A model generated the notes under the pieces. That model was given only the letters and a program-made list of their open reading frames with translations, was not told the origin of the DNA and made no database searches. A stretch of 63,922 nt of DNA, filler included, from Reticulomyxa filosa (taxonomy: Eukaryota > Protista > Foraminifera): assembly GCA_000512085.1 (NCBI GenBank). It is 14 parts of 14 records of this genome, joined end to end, with 100 filler letters (N's around TTAATTAATTAA, not from the genome) between each part and the next. Parts side by side here need not be neighbours in the genome. Positions count along the whole stretch, not along the records: positions 11,776 to 27,190 come from ASPP01006928.1; positions 27,291 to 31,197 come from ASPP01009965.1; positions 31,298 to 38,421 come from ASPP01010774.1; 11 more parts are not named here. One strand, written 5' to 3'. Position 1 is the first letter of the stretch, and each line of letters starts with the position of its first letter. The position numbers and the translations under genes were made by a program. Shown in pieces: positions 24,663 to 38,421 of the stretch.

Positions 24663-25570
24663 ATTGTTTTTTCAATGATTAACTTATGGCCAGTTCTTAC
24701 TCGGCGTGAACCCTAATACACAAATTAATACCAAGAAGTTTCAATCAAATTCCGACCTTATTAAACCGTCTTATTTCAAAAGAGAACACTTAATTTTTTG
24801 ATAAATTGTATAAATAATACAATGAACATTGACTAAGCAATTGACAAAAAAACATGAAATCATGTATATATGGTGCAAGACACTTTGTGCACATTTCATG
24901 ACAGTTGAACGAACATCGAAATAAATTTGGAATACAACCATCAAAAATATTTTTCAAAAAATCATATTTGACAGTATTTGAGAATGAGTTTAAACGTAAT
25001 CATGTGATTAATACATTAATCTTTGATTAGAATAACAAATAATTGCTTTGTCTTTTTGTTCTTTTGATCATTAAATTAAATAATAAAAGTAAATAAATAT
25101 TACAAATGCTTAGTAAAAATATAATAATGAAATGAGACCAGAATTCAAAATTAAAAATGAAAAGACAAAATTATTATTAGTAAATATTTAGCTGGTAGTA
25201 ATTGCCTTTATATACTTAGATTTGCATTTGATTATAGTATTCTTGACCCAGTTTCGTAAAAGCATGCTAAAGTTTGCAAATCACATCCATAAATTAGCAC
25301 GTCAGTATCGTTATGCCGTAATTTGGCCATTTATTTGCAAATTCGATTACAAACTGTTTTTGATCGCAAACAACATTAATCCTATTTTTCATTCTGATAT
25401 TAAAGATTGTGAAGAAAATTTAAAAACTCGAATTGTCTTTTTTTGAACATTCAAAAACTGTATTTATTTAAAATGAAATAATTGTCGTCTCTAGCACTAA
25501 GACAAAAATTATTGCAATTATAAAAAATCTTTGTTTTTATTATTAAAAACTCTATCTTTTTTGTTGGGGC

Positions 25571-27136
25571 TCAAGTAGTGTCGAAATCATTATCACTTTT
25601 GTTGGAAGTGTTATTACATTTATCTGTTGTGTTGTTATCCATCAACAACGAATGTCTATTTTCGTCTGTGTGATTTTTTTTGTTTAACCATTTTAAGGGT
25701 TTGTTAACAGTGCTAATCTTGGTTAAAAGGTTATGTCCAATTCCACTGTTTTCATCACTTGATTTTTCATACAATTCATGATCATTCATATCCGAAAACC
25801 GTTGATAATCAGTTTCTATATACGTTTACGTATACCATAATGGTGTGTTTTGAAACGATTTACAAAAGACACTCCATAAGAAAAAAAAAAAGAGTTGATA
25901 TGTGAAACAAACTTTCTTGGGTTTTGAAATCCTCATCAGCATTGGAGGAATGTGAGTTATAGTGATCACTGACTTGATCTTTTTCTTCTCTTTGTTGAAG
26001 CAATGGATCTTGGTGTAACTGACGACGATGAACGATGTGATCTCCACCATCTTTTTGGTCGTGTTCGTGTTTTTCCTCCGATTCGGTAGAATGGAGTGAG
26101 TGAGTATTTCGCGATTCATAGTTAGAGTGACGATGATCATTATCATTTGGAAAGGATTGTTGGAGATTGCTCTCTTCAGCGTCGACATCAACAACTCCAA
26201 TATCGGCTCCAATTTCCGCCAAGTTCAATACATGGTCGACATCTAGTAGATCACTGTCATTATGCTCTTGCATTTGGACCATCGAACGTCTTTCATTTCG
26301 ACGCGATCGACGACGTTCCATTGCACCATAACGAGTGGGAGACCCACAATGAACCACTGCTAATACTATTCCTATCCAATACCCAACAGTAACAAAGCTC
26401 ACATATTTGTAATACATATATGTATATATATAAATATATACACATATATGTATTACAAATATGTGAGGTTTAAGAACAAAAAAAAAAATAAATAAAGACA
26501 AAACAAAACCCAAAAGCATCGAGGCATTGATGGCCAACATGCCGGTATGCAAATTGTTACGTGACTTGACGGTCATGACACGCGTGTCTTGTTTGGTGTA
26601 GTACTCGTTGTCATTACTGATGATGCTTTCGAATACAAACGAGCTCCAATTCAACACGCACGCGCAGAGCAGAGTAATGCTGCAGGCAATGAGTTTGGTT
26701 GTCCATTTGCGCTTTTCCACTTCTCTGTCATTCCATCGATCAAACCAAGGGTGTGTTGAGCCAATGCAACCCATTGATATTATTAATAATATCACCACTG
26801 CTATTATAAACACTATCGATAATTGTCGAGCCGTATTTGCTGACGGAGCTAATTTTTTAAAATTTTTTTTTAGCGTTTTGTGCAAATTAGAAGAGGAAAA
26901 AAAAGGGGGGGGGAGAGGGGAGGGGGACCTCCCAACAACAATTACAACTACAAAAAAACGTAACATTTGTTTTGAAAACTCTGAAAATGACACGAGTAAA
27001 ACGTTTGATTCACACTATTGTTTATGATGACGTCATTGGTGAGAGTGTTGTTATTGAATTGATCACTCGAGATGTAATACGACGTGTTTGTAAAGTTTGA
27101 GGTGCAATATTTGATATGCCACAAATTCAAGTGCAT
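25571..27136 (-). CDS. Multi-pass membrane protein (claudin/PMP22-like topology), 5' incomplete, ~3 introns
   Basis: Loop with LW..YC and N-glycosylation sequons followed by three hydrophobic helices and a long acidic/His-rich tail; GT-AG joins restore the frame. Confidence 0.5.
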
Positions 27137-27290
27137 TGTTATTTCCTGATAATTTTCACTTTTTATTGTCTCACTTTTTTTTTTTTTTTTNNNNNNNNNN
27201 NNNNNNNNNNNNNNNNNNNNNNNNNNNNNNNNNNTTAATTAATTAANNNNNNNNNNNNNNNNNNNNNNNNNNNNNNNNNNNNNNNNNNNN

Positions 27291-28516
27291 AAGAAGAAGA
27301 AGAAGACGAAGAAGAAAAAGACGAAGAAGAAAGCAAAGTGATGAAACATATATTATTTTGGGATGTTGGAGGTGCTCGAAATGAGCGAAGAAAGTGGTGG
27401 AGTTTGCTACACGACATTGACACGATAATTTTCACAGTGAACTTGTGCAGTTATCGGCATATAATTTACGAAGACGAATTTTGTTATGACATCCACGAGT
27501 CATTGAGACTGTTCGAAGAGCTGATCCACAAGAACTCGCACGGACACAATCATGTAAGCAATATATTCCTGCTGTTCACACACAAGGACCAGCTGTTCAA
27601 AGACATAATGAATGGGTACACCTTGAACTGTGTCGGCGCCTTCGATCCCGACTATCCCATCCCTTTGATCCAGTCCATTCACAATCGCAAGCCCTTTCAT
27701 TACACCAATCAAGACAATCAAGTGATCACATGGCAAGGTCCGGACTACATCCCTCTGCCCAAGTACAAGCCATTATTCCCTCCTTCCTTGCACAACTGCG
27801 AACTCCTCTATTTCGATCAGTTATATCGCGACACCAAACATCTCCTTCTCACCGATGAGCAAATCCTCGCCGCCGAATCCGACCCCTCTTTTCTTGCCCT
27901 TCGATCACGTCATGCCGATCCCAATACCTACGTTATCACCAAAGATGAATCGCAATTGTCCAGGTTGCAGTTATGGAAACACACTCTTGCTCGTGCCAAT
28001 GCCAATGCCAATAATAATAACAATAACAATAATAACAATAACAATAACAATGACGATCCGAATGCAAGTAAACCGGTTCATAAAATGACAGCATCGACCA
28101 ATATGGGTCCGTGGGATGAGTTTGATCGAGAATTGACATTCGATGGGGAAGGTGATAAAGATAAAGCTAAAGCGTCACGCAGGACGGAGAAGAAGGATGA
28201 TGATGAAGAAGAAGAAGAAGACAATCGCTTCTTTGATCCTGATGACATCTTCTCTGATGAAAAGGAACTCAATCGCGTGAAAGACTGCACTGAACAGGCA
28301 ATCGTGTTCATGGCCAAACTATTTTTGGAGGCTGTCAAAAATGAGAGGGAAGATATCCGCGTCTTTGCTATCAATGCTGTCAATACCAAAGAAGTTAGGT
28401 ACGTCTGGAAGCGTATCAAACAGGCTTCCTTTTCGCAGTCCATTCATACTGACACTCCATCATCTGATCCCATTAAAATACTACGCGATCAATTGCGTTT
28501 ATTCACTTATTACTGA
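27291..28516 (+). CDS. Atypical heterotrimeric G-protein alpha-like subunit, C-terminal part
   Basis: ILFWDVGGARNERRKW (G3), IIFTVNLCSY, ESLRLFEELI, IFLLFTHKD (G4-like), VFAINAVNTKEVRYVW (G5-like). Confidence 0.85.
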
Positions 28517-30179
28517 TACGCATCTCTTGTTTTTGTGCTTATTATCTTGCTGTTTTTCTTTTGTTGATTTGCCTTTGTCTTGTAATTTAGTTTCGTGCTT
28601 TTTGTGAATTTTTTTTCTTTCATCTGTTATAATATATAGCTAAAAGTAACTGTTTGCCATTGTTTTTGGAAAATCGTTACAAAAATACACAATGAGCTAA
28701 TACTAATGCCTTCGTGCTTGTATCCGACTTATTTGTGACAATCGCAATACATTTTATTATAAACTAAAAGTCTATTTGTGATTAAAATAATGCGAACAAA
28801 TGCTTTGTTTGCGGATGCAAAAAAACCAGTTGACAAAAATCAATTTTTTTGCAAAAGGAACGATTATTTTGATTTGCTCTGTTAAAAAAAAAAGGACAAA
28901 CACATAATCTCAAATTCATTTCTATCTTTTTACAATGTTCCTTTTATCAATATTGCAACCAGTTCAACTACGCTCAAGCTCTACCACCAAGTATCCGAAC
29001 TGACGCGAGAAAGCATATCAAGAAAGAGCAAAATCATAATACTTTTGAAGAAAAAATGTCATGCATTATAACAAATCTCAAATTACAAAAAATAAATCTA
29101 TTTGAACAAAAAAGTCTTTTATTTTTAAATATTACAAATATAAATTTTTGAAATTAAAAAAGTTATAATATGAACATTATAAAAAGATAGCAAGTAAAAC
29201 GCGGAAAGCATATACAAACAGGAAAAGTAATTTGTGCGGATAAACAATAGATAAATGATAACAAATTGAAAACAAATCCACAGTCAATGTAAACAAAAAA
29301 GAACTTTATATATATTTTTGTTTGTTTTATTTTATTTATTTTGTAATAACTTATAAATAACTAATTTTTAACAACTTCAAACACTAAATGAGTATTCTAT
29401 AATTTGTTGTGATTTCACAACTATATATTTTTTATTTTTATTTAATAATTTTTAAAAGGATAATAATTTGTTTTTTTGTCTACTTACTTTCATATGTCTA
29501 TATTACGATTATCTTGTCAAAAATGGGTTTCATAGTACTTATACTAGAAAGCACATACATTGGCGGACTATTTATGTTAGCATTTGTTCCCCGTTGCGGT
29601 AAAAAAAGATATAAATTATGTACTTTTAAGATTCGACTAAATTAAAATTTAAAAAATATTTAATATAAAATCAACCTTTTTTTATTTAACTATTAATATA
29701 TTCGTATGTAATGTAAATGATATAGACAAAACTGAATTTATGTGCTGTGATTGCAACGTCGCTAGTGGTAATATCTCGACTTCATAGTCGCTATAATAAT
29801 TTAGAATTAGCAAAATTTTTATAAGATTTAGTTCTATGTTAGATTTCAAGAAAAAAGTAAATTGTTAGATTCAGTGTAACAGTTTGTTAGTTATGACAAC
29901 TTTTTCATAACTCGTTTGTGCAAGGTCATTACCACAATATCAAAAGAAAAATACTCAAATGATTTTCAATAAAACAAAAGTAAATGAAATAATTTTGGTT
30001 TGCCTATCATCGTTAAGCGACCTCTCAGTAAATGAAGCAGTTTGATTTTATTACAAACTATAAGTATATGTTCGAAATTGATAGAAAATAATGTGGATAC
30101 CTTTACTTTCTTTTTTTTTGAAAACGAGAAAGAGGGGATTCAGTCAAAAAGTTTATTTTGAGCCAATTCTTAGCTCGGT

Positions 30180-31197
30180 TGACATGGACTTGTAATGGAC
30201 AAAGTAGTTGCATCGGGCTATGTTTGGATTGCAAAGGGTACTATGCAATACATTGCAATGGTGACAATTATATCTCACACGAGACATTGTTGTGCAGAAC
30301 TGCTCACAACTTCTCTTTCTCCGACCTATAGTCCAACAGCGACACCAGTAGCCAATCACCAACAAAGAACAGCCAATAATATCAAACTCGGTTTATATTC
30401 TAATGATCCCTTTTTTTTTTTTTTTTTTTTAAATGTGGAACTCGGACTAAAATATATGTCAAAGTACAAAAAAAAAAAAAAAACTAAAGACATTAAAGCA
30501 TAAAAAAAAAAAGGCACAGGTGAAATCGTGGTGATAATCGTATTGTCCGTGTTGCTATTGTTTGTGTGGCATTTTGCATTTACAGACGTGTTATTCGCAA
30601 GCGTGACGTGCATCTAGTCGATGCAAACGCAGTCCAATTGACCTACCAGCAACGAAATGATTTAGTTGCCAAAGGAGAAGCTGGTTTGTTTATTTTTTTT
30701 TCCAACTTGCAAACACACGTACAAACAATAAAAAATAAATCAATAAAATGAAATAAAACAAACAAAAACGAATAAAAAGGTAGTATTGTTTGCTTTGCGT
30801 TTGACCTGTTATATCAGGTTTGTTTTTGTATCGCTTTGTGTTGTATGAATGGAAAGAGGTTCAATTATAAAGGAGCTTTTTGTGTTGTATATTTACATGA
30901 TATATATACATATACGTTATATTGTTAAATCAAATCAAATCGAATCACGGAACATTTAAACAAAACAAAATAAAAAACGATCGAAATGTTGCACTGTGCA
31001 TTTTCTTTATGCCTCCGCAATTGCGCAATTTTTTTGATAACACTTGCCAAATGTGTCTCAGCGCCATAATGACCTCGAAAAACGAGCAACAAGTAAGTAG
31101 TAGTTTTTGTTTTGTTAAATATGTGAATGTAATGATTTATATATATATATATATATACCTAGAAAGACAAAAAACAAAAAACAAAAAATGGAATAGT
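30180..31197 (+). CDS. Hypothetical multi-exon membrane protein fragment
   Basis: SPTYSPTATP stalk, hydrophobic IVVIIVLSVLLLFV followed by RRVIRKR, A-tract acceptor at ~30513; needs a frameshift. Confidence 0.35.
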
Positions 31198-31297
31198 NNN
31201 NNNNNNNNNNNNNNNNNNNNNNNNNNNNNNNNNNNNNNNNNTTAATTAATTAANNNNNNNNNNNNNNNNNNNNNNNNNNNNNNNNNNNNNNNNNNNN

Positions 31298-32682
31298 GGG
31301 TGGTACATATTTCTTGAAGAATGAAAGTGGGTATGCCATTAAAAAAATTATTTGTGATTGCTTTTTTTTTTTTTTTTTTTTTTTTTTTCCACCTTCTTTT
31401 TCTCATTTCTTTTCATTTGCAATAAAAAGAAAAGCTCAAGCATGTTTTAAGCCAGAAGATGAGGAAGCAGGATGCATAAATAATCCACATGGACGAACCA
31501 CAGGCCACATCCGTGCGGGAATAATCCCAGGGACGGGCAACATTCGCGAGGTCGCGGCATATCTGCTGGACCAAAAAGGCTTCCATGGCGTCCCGCGCAC
31601 AACCAGAGCTGAGGTGTGGAACAATGGGTTTTTTTTCGAAGGACTCGCTGCCAATGGAGCCGATGCCGATGATTCCGCTCTCGTCATTATCCCGAAAGTG
31701 GGGTCTTTACAGGAATTTATCAATGCTACCGAAGTTTTTCAAATTTATTTATTTTGCTTCACTTTGTATTTTTTTTATTATTATTATTTATTATTATGAA
31801 TTTGATTGGGTTGAAAGTAAATACGTAATGGATTGGTCACCACTCAATCTAACAAAAATGAAAAGACAGCCGATGATTACTCACCGTCTCGCTTTCCTCA
31901 GGCCAGCGTCCATCGAATTGGTATCCTGGATATCCGAATCCTCAACTGCGATCGCAATGCAAGCAATATCATGGTAAGGAAAGACAAGTTTGGTCGAATG
32001 GAACTGGTGCCCATTGACCACGGTTAGTTGTTCATTTATTTATTTATTTTTGTGAGAATTCCAATTTTTTTTTTTTTTTTTGGATATTGAATATATAAGG
32101 TCTGTCATTGCCCGAAAAACTGGAAATTGTCAAAGACGATTGGGTGTGGTTGGAATGGAACCAATCCAAACAACCCTTTGACCCTTTTGCAGAGGTTTGT
32201 GAAAGTGAGAAAACAATCTGTTATGTCATTATTTCAAAAGAGAGAGAGAGAGAGAGAGATATGTGTACATTGACATATGCAATAGAAATTTATCAAAGAA
32301 ATCGACGTCGAAAAGGATGCCGAAATGTTGTGCAACGAATTGCATATTTCCGAAGTCGCATTGGAAAACATGAAAATGGCGACGATGCTGCTCAAGAAAG
32401 GTGCAGAGGTTGGCCTGACCTTGTTCGCCATTGGTTCGATGATCGCCCGTCCCGATTACGATAAGCCATCGATCTTAGAGCAGCTTTGTGAACAAGCAGA
32501 AATTTTGGCCAATGAAAAATTCAGACAGCAAAAGCATTTTGAAAAGAGAAAACATTTTGCTGAAAGTTTTGTGTTATACTATATACATATATGTATATAA
32601 ACAAAGATATGTTTTGAATAGGAATGTATGCTCGAAGAATGTCAATTGATCGACAGATCCAGGTCACCAGCGCAAGGATGTG

Positions 32683-32715
<33 letters not shown>

Positions 32716-33140
32716 AACAATAACAACAATAGCAACATTGCTATAAGCAATGCCTTGAACAACAGCAACTCGAAGATGGAGCGCAGTTTTTTGAAGCGTT
32801 TCCCAGCTCCGTCGTTCAATCACAACAGCGCAGGTAGTGAACACTGCCAATATATTAATTATTATTATTATTATTATTAATCTGTGCAAAGTTTGAATAG
32901 TGAGTGTTACCTGTTAAATAAACAAACAATCAACAACAGCAATAACGATCAATACTAGTGCTCAACCCGGGCCCGTGTCTATGTCTCCATTACTCAGCTC
33001 TTTCAAAACTGCTAGCTCTGTCCCTGGCTCTGCCGCCACTGGATGTACTCCTCACTTCCGCAGTTATTCTCCGCAGTCCGACGTTGCCGGCGACACTCCA
33101 AAGGACAAAGATAGACATACTGTCTCCGTGGCCAAGTTTC

Positions 33141-33171
<31 letters not shown>

Positions 33172-35740
33172 ATTTAAAAAATTACACACATAAGAAAGAG
33201 AGAGAGAGAGAGAGAAAGAGGAAATACAGAAATACAAACAGTGGCATATCAATCAGCGGTGCGTCTGCATCTCCACCCGAACAGTCTCGTTCATCGGTGC
33301 ACCAGTACTCAAGTCCAATCCCTCAGGACCTACAAGATTTGAACGGGACGTTCCTAACTCCAATGGTACGCTCCTCTTCCACCGCGGCCAGCGCTCAATC
33401 TCGTGACACGCCTTCGAAAACTCCACTCAGCAAATATTTCAGTATCAGCGCTACACCGGAGCCTGTTCTGCCGTCCAATCTATTCGAGCCCGCCTTGTCT
33501 TCCTTGTCGCAAGAAAAGTTATTGCTTCGTCACTGATATTGTTTTCTCAATAAAGAGAAGAGGGAGGGAATTTATAAAATAATAATAATAATAATAAAAT
33601 AATAACATACAACAATATAAACTCTAGCAAAAAGAAAAGCGAAGAAGACTCAGTGACGGATGAAACGTTGACAATGCATCTGAACCTCCAAACCAATATT
33701 AACGAAGAAAGGAGCAACAGTGAAGATGACGTCAACATAAACATGACAGGCAGCGGGTTGATGCCCGATTTCAAATTGGGAGGCAACGACGATCATGACA
33801 ACGACAACGACAACGACAACGATAACGATGACGACTCGTGCAAAAGCTCTGATGAAAATGTCGATCATCCACAGGTCATGATCCCTTCTTCGAAAGCCGG
33901 GTCTGGTCTGCTGGCAATGGACTGGAATATGATCGGAGGAGGGAGAGATGATTCTCCATACGATAGCCATCGAAGAGACTATCAAGAACTCAAACCCAGG
34001 AAATTGCAAGTGTCTTCAAAAAATGAAGTTACATATACATATATATATGTATATGTACATATATATATGTATATGTATATGTAATCATTCATTTATTTTT
34101 TGTAGAGAGAAGCGGCGATGTATAAATCGTTGCCACCTTTGCACGGTTCTGGCGATCAAGAATTGCAACGCTCTGTCTCATTGATGAATCTACGACGACC
34201 GACCACTCGGTCTCCATTTGCAGTGCCTTCAATATTGGAACGCTCGGGCAATAACGGCAGCGTAAATATTTTCAGCAGCACCAAGGATGATACATTTGCA
34301 CCGGACATGGAAGTAGTGCACCAACAGTTGCTGGAATCAGAATCGCCTGTCGAGTCGAACAGCAATAAGTCAAGTAAGGACGCCAGTAGCCAATTTCGTG
34401 GCCAAGTGGAAAAACCTAAAGTGTCCTCCGCGTTCGAGTTTGAACCGGTGTGGCAGAAGGGTCAATCCTTACCTTATCCGTCCAAGGTTCATCTTGGAGA
34501 ACGAGAAATGCGAGCAATGTGTGTGTGTGTGTGTTCATATTATATCTCATACAAACATATACATGTATGTATATGTGTGTATATACATTACTTTTTTTAT
34601 TTCTTTGCCAATAACATTTGTTGTCTCGGATGGGGGGGTATTGTATTAACAGTGGTAGTCATCCGGAAGCCTTAATCGGAAAATTCTCTCCAAGAATATC
34701 CCCCACATTCCCTTCACTGAATAAACACAAAACAATTGTGCAAATGGGTATGCATTTGTATCATCAATTTCTTTTTCCTTTGTGTTACATTTCGTTGCTT
34801 TATAGGAGAAACAAAAAAGAGGGAGGGAATGTAAAAATTATTGGATAATCTCATTTATTGTTTGTTTGTTTTTTTTTTTTTTTTCAATGACACGATAGAG
34901 AAACTCAGTTTAGATGATCCATTGCATAGGAATACGTATCCCAACAGTCCCAATTCGAAAGACTTGGGAACGTCAAACGAGGGATTGTCCTGGAATAACA
35001 TCAATCCGAGCAACAGCAGTGGCGATCCTTTTTACTTGGACCCAAAAATGGAGGAAATAGATCGATCGGACGGTAGTGACATTGACGAAGATGTGCATGG
35101 GGACAATGCGAAAGAAAGACCTTCTCATGCGAATCGCTACTCTCATCGACAACACTTCAAAGAAGGGAGAGATTTTCGAATTCATCCAATTGTGTCTCGG
35201 ATGACCGATAAAAAGACACATGTGGATATTCGAAAATATTTTATGGAATATTTGGAACAACTTATCAGTATTCAATGTGATCGAACCGTGTCGGATATCA
35301 AAAGAAGGGAATCCACCGATTTTATTTATGATATCGATACTCCCAACGGGGTATTTGTATACAAAAATGAGCTCAGAAAACAATTGGAAAAGTCATGGTT
35401 GGCGCGAAAAAGAGAAATGGATAAACAAAAAGAAATGTTACAAAATCCTTTTAATTCGCCTGATTTATTGGTTGACGAAAGTGACAACGAAAATGATAAT
35501 GAAAATGAAAGAAAAGTCAAAACTGATCGGCCTGTTGACCATGACCAAAATATCACTGGTAGCGACATCACGTTACAAATTCAAAAGGACAATGGCGTTA
35601 AGCAAATGACACAGGGCAACACGAAACGCTATGAAGAAGATGAAAAACCAATTTATAGTGAAACACTTGGGTCCGAAAATAATAATGAAAAAAAGCAAAA
35701 ACCAACCACAATGTCTATCGACTTCTTCCAGCCTGAATGA
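31298..35740 (+). CDS. Phosphatidylinositol 4-kinase type II gamma-like protein with long low-complexity C-terminus; 5' incomplete; ~11 introns
   Basis: GGTYF, FKPEDEE, REVAAYLLD, GVPRT, KVGSLQEF, VHRIGILDIRILNCDRNASNIMV, LVPIDH|GLSLP, WLEWNQSKQPF. Confidence 0.88.
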
Positions 35741-36322
35741 ACACAAAACATATTATTCATGCAAGACTTGGCTTAATTAACCACAATGCTTCAGATTTTT
35801 CAAACTTTTGTCCTGCTTTTTTAACAGTGGAAACGCGATCGAACTCGCTCTTTTAAATTTTGTTTGCTAAAATGCGGTGGGCATCAAGTTATAAAGAAAT
35901 AAATAGTTTTAAAAAAACTGTGATTGTTTGAGTATCGAAAAGAGAAATTTAAATCTGGCAAAACCAATAATTGCAATAATTTATGAACTTTTTTCTGATA
36001 GTTAGTACAATATCAACAGGACCTGTGAATTGTCCAAAAAGAAACGAGAAAAGCACACGGAAAATCAATACCTAAAAATAATTGGAATTTTCCATGAAAA
36101 AACACGTTTAAAAAGATTTGTCTTTAAAATGATATCCACAAGCTATGTGCAGTCCAAAATTTGTTCGATTTTAATATGTTGCAAGTTTTTCACACTAAAA
36201 GCAAAAAAAAACGAGTGCATATGTTCTGTCATCAGAACTTGTTCGCGTTTAAAAAACTAAAACTTTCCTCCAAATATTACAAAAGTTTTTCATTTTTCAC
36301 AATCTCGTTATCTATTAAATCA

Positions 36323-37353
36323 ATGTCAGCTGAAAACAATTTGAAGATAGGAGTTAAAAGAGATTTAACACAAGCACTTTCAACCGACATAAGCCTCCCG
36401 CCCGAAGTCTGTAGCAAGCCCAGTGATGACTGGACAGAAGAGGACATGGACCGTACAATAGAACAAATCGAAGAACTAGAGAAAACTCTGGATAATCCCG
36501 TGCCATCCCAGGCACTGACACCCACACCATCAGTACCAGAAGCAGTGCCAGCTCAATCATCAACGCAAACATCCACACCAGCATTACTATCAACAGACAA
36601 AAAGTCAGTGGAACTCTGCATAGAATGTTGAGTTAGTATTTTTGAGAAAAATATATTTAAAAAGTATGTAGGTACACATAGATATGCGTAAATGCAAAAA
36701 TGACACAAAAAGGCAACGAATCGGGTGTGTTGGACATGAAATGCAAGCAACATTACAAAGTAAACGTCTGTATGCAATGTCGTTGGAAGCCAAAATATCG
36801 AAGTATTACAAAGACGATGTGCAAGACCGAATATTTGCTAACTGACAATGACTTGTCGACATTGGGATACATTGAAAAAAAGCTTTCGATTGAAAGTGGA
36901 AAATATGGAACCAAACAACAAGGAAGACAAGCACAGACCGAGCCACACAAAGGTTTGCAATCGTTACATACTACACACGAAGCAACAATGTCGAATAGAC
37001 AAAGGACAATGAAATTGTATTTGGAGTGTCAAGTTCAGCCCATTGCAATCCAAAAATGGGGAAGTTTGGAACAGATTGCTTTGGAAAAGAAAAAGCGTGA
37101 AACTGACAAAATTCAAAGACATATCGATCAACTTCAAAAAAACAAACACACCAATAAAAAATGGTGTTCCATCGCCGATATTGTCCCTTTGGATGAAAGC
37201 CAATTACTACCTGCTAAGTCCAGCATACCATCCTCTGCCAAATGCAAGACTAATTCTCACGACTTCGAACCAAAGACTTTTGACTCCCAACTTCAACAAT
37301 GGAGTCAAACTTGTCGTGCTTGTGGTTTTGTTGAGTCTTGGGAAGATATTTGA
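36323..37353 (+). CDS. XPA: Nucleotide excision repair protein XPA/Rad14; intron 36627-36712
   Basis: C4 zinc finger CIE|C...VCMQC, ITKTMCKTEYLLTDNDL, MKLYLECQV, KWGSLE, C-terminal HDFEP...TCRACG...WEDI. Confidence 0.9.
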
Positions 37354-38029
37354 TTCTTGTTTTCAATTTTTCATTGTTTTTTAAACCGAAATATTTTTCG
37401 GTGTCATTTTTTTTATTAATTCTTATTGCATCACTCATCTTTTGTTATTTCAAAATTAAGCATTGAAGTTCTTTAAACCCTGCTACTCTTTTTAGATGTT
37501 GGTATGCACAAAATTTTTAAAATACTGTAAATCAAACACTTTGATATTGGAAATTAAATGTAATCACATATAACATCTATTTTTGCTAATGTATCGTGTA
37601 AACATTGTTCACAAGGTAATTTCATTTTGTAAATGGTATCCTAATATTTCAACAAATTAAAGAAAGAATAATAATATGTACATTTCACAACGATCACTTT
37701 TTATTTTTTGAAGCGTAAAATCTATTTGCAAAGACGTTGCATATGTATGTACACTTTTAACTACATTTGAAGGCACTACATTGCAAAATCCTCTCGCTCT
37801 TAAATAACATTGAAGTTTTCATGTTTTGCCACATTTCCAGGCTTTTTTCTGTATAACAAATTTTCTTTATTTTAAAAACAAATCTAGCATAATTTTAAAA
37901 AGAATAACACAAAACAGAACACAATCTGCGCAATAACAATAAAAACAAGACACAAAAGAAAAAACATACGGAAAAAAATTGGAATTAGGGAGAAATATTC
38001 ACAAAGCGCATTGGAATTTTTTTAACGAA

Positions 38030-38421
38030 ATGTTAACAGTATCTGCTGATTCTGTTGATCCCTTGGAAGTGCTCCGAGAGGATTTGAAAGTTGTGTGCAA
38101 GAAAAGATTTATCTCTTACATAAAGCAAAAATCCGGACAAAACAGAAACCAAAAAAACAAAGTTTAAAAAATTTGGCAATGGACACTGCTTTAAAAAAAT
38201 AAAATAAAAATCAAAAACACTGAACAGGATGAAGGTGTAGAGGTTCAATTGGATGCAGTAAGCTCCTTGCAAACAATAGCACTCGCTTTAGGCCCTGAAC
38301 GAACTGCAAAAGAATTGTACAAAGCATTAGAACAATACTGTTTTCCAGTTGAAGTTCAAGCTTCGGTGTCCCCAGATGCGTACTCAAACACCGAGGCATT
38401 GGCAGCCAAAGAAGAAGTGCT
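38030..38421 (+). CDS. PP2A scaffold A subunit-like HEAT protein, N-terminus only; intron 38090-38227
   Basis: PLEVLREDLK|DEGVEVQLDAVSSLQTIALALGPERTAKEL matches the first HEAT repeat of PP2A-A (IALALGVERT). Confidence 0.8.

Noticed and set aside
32684-32735. CAA/TAA/TAG run suggesting TAR-to-Gln recoding
   Set aside because: The poly-Asn frame (AAC/AAT) continues into sensible coding sequence, and genes here end normally in TAA, TAG and TGA
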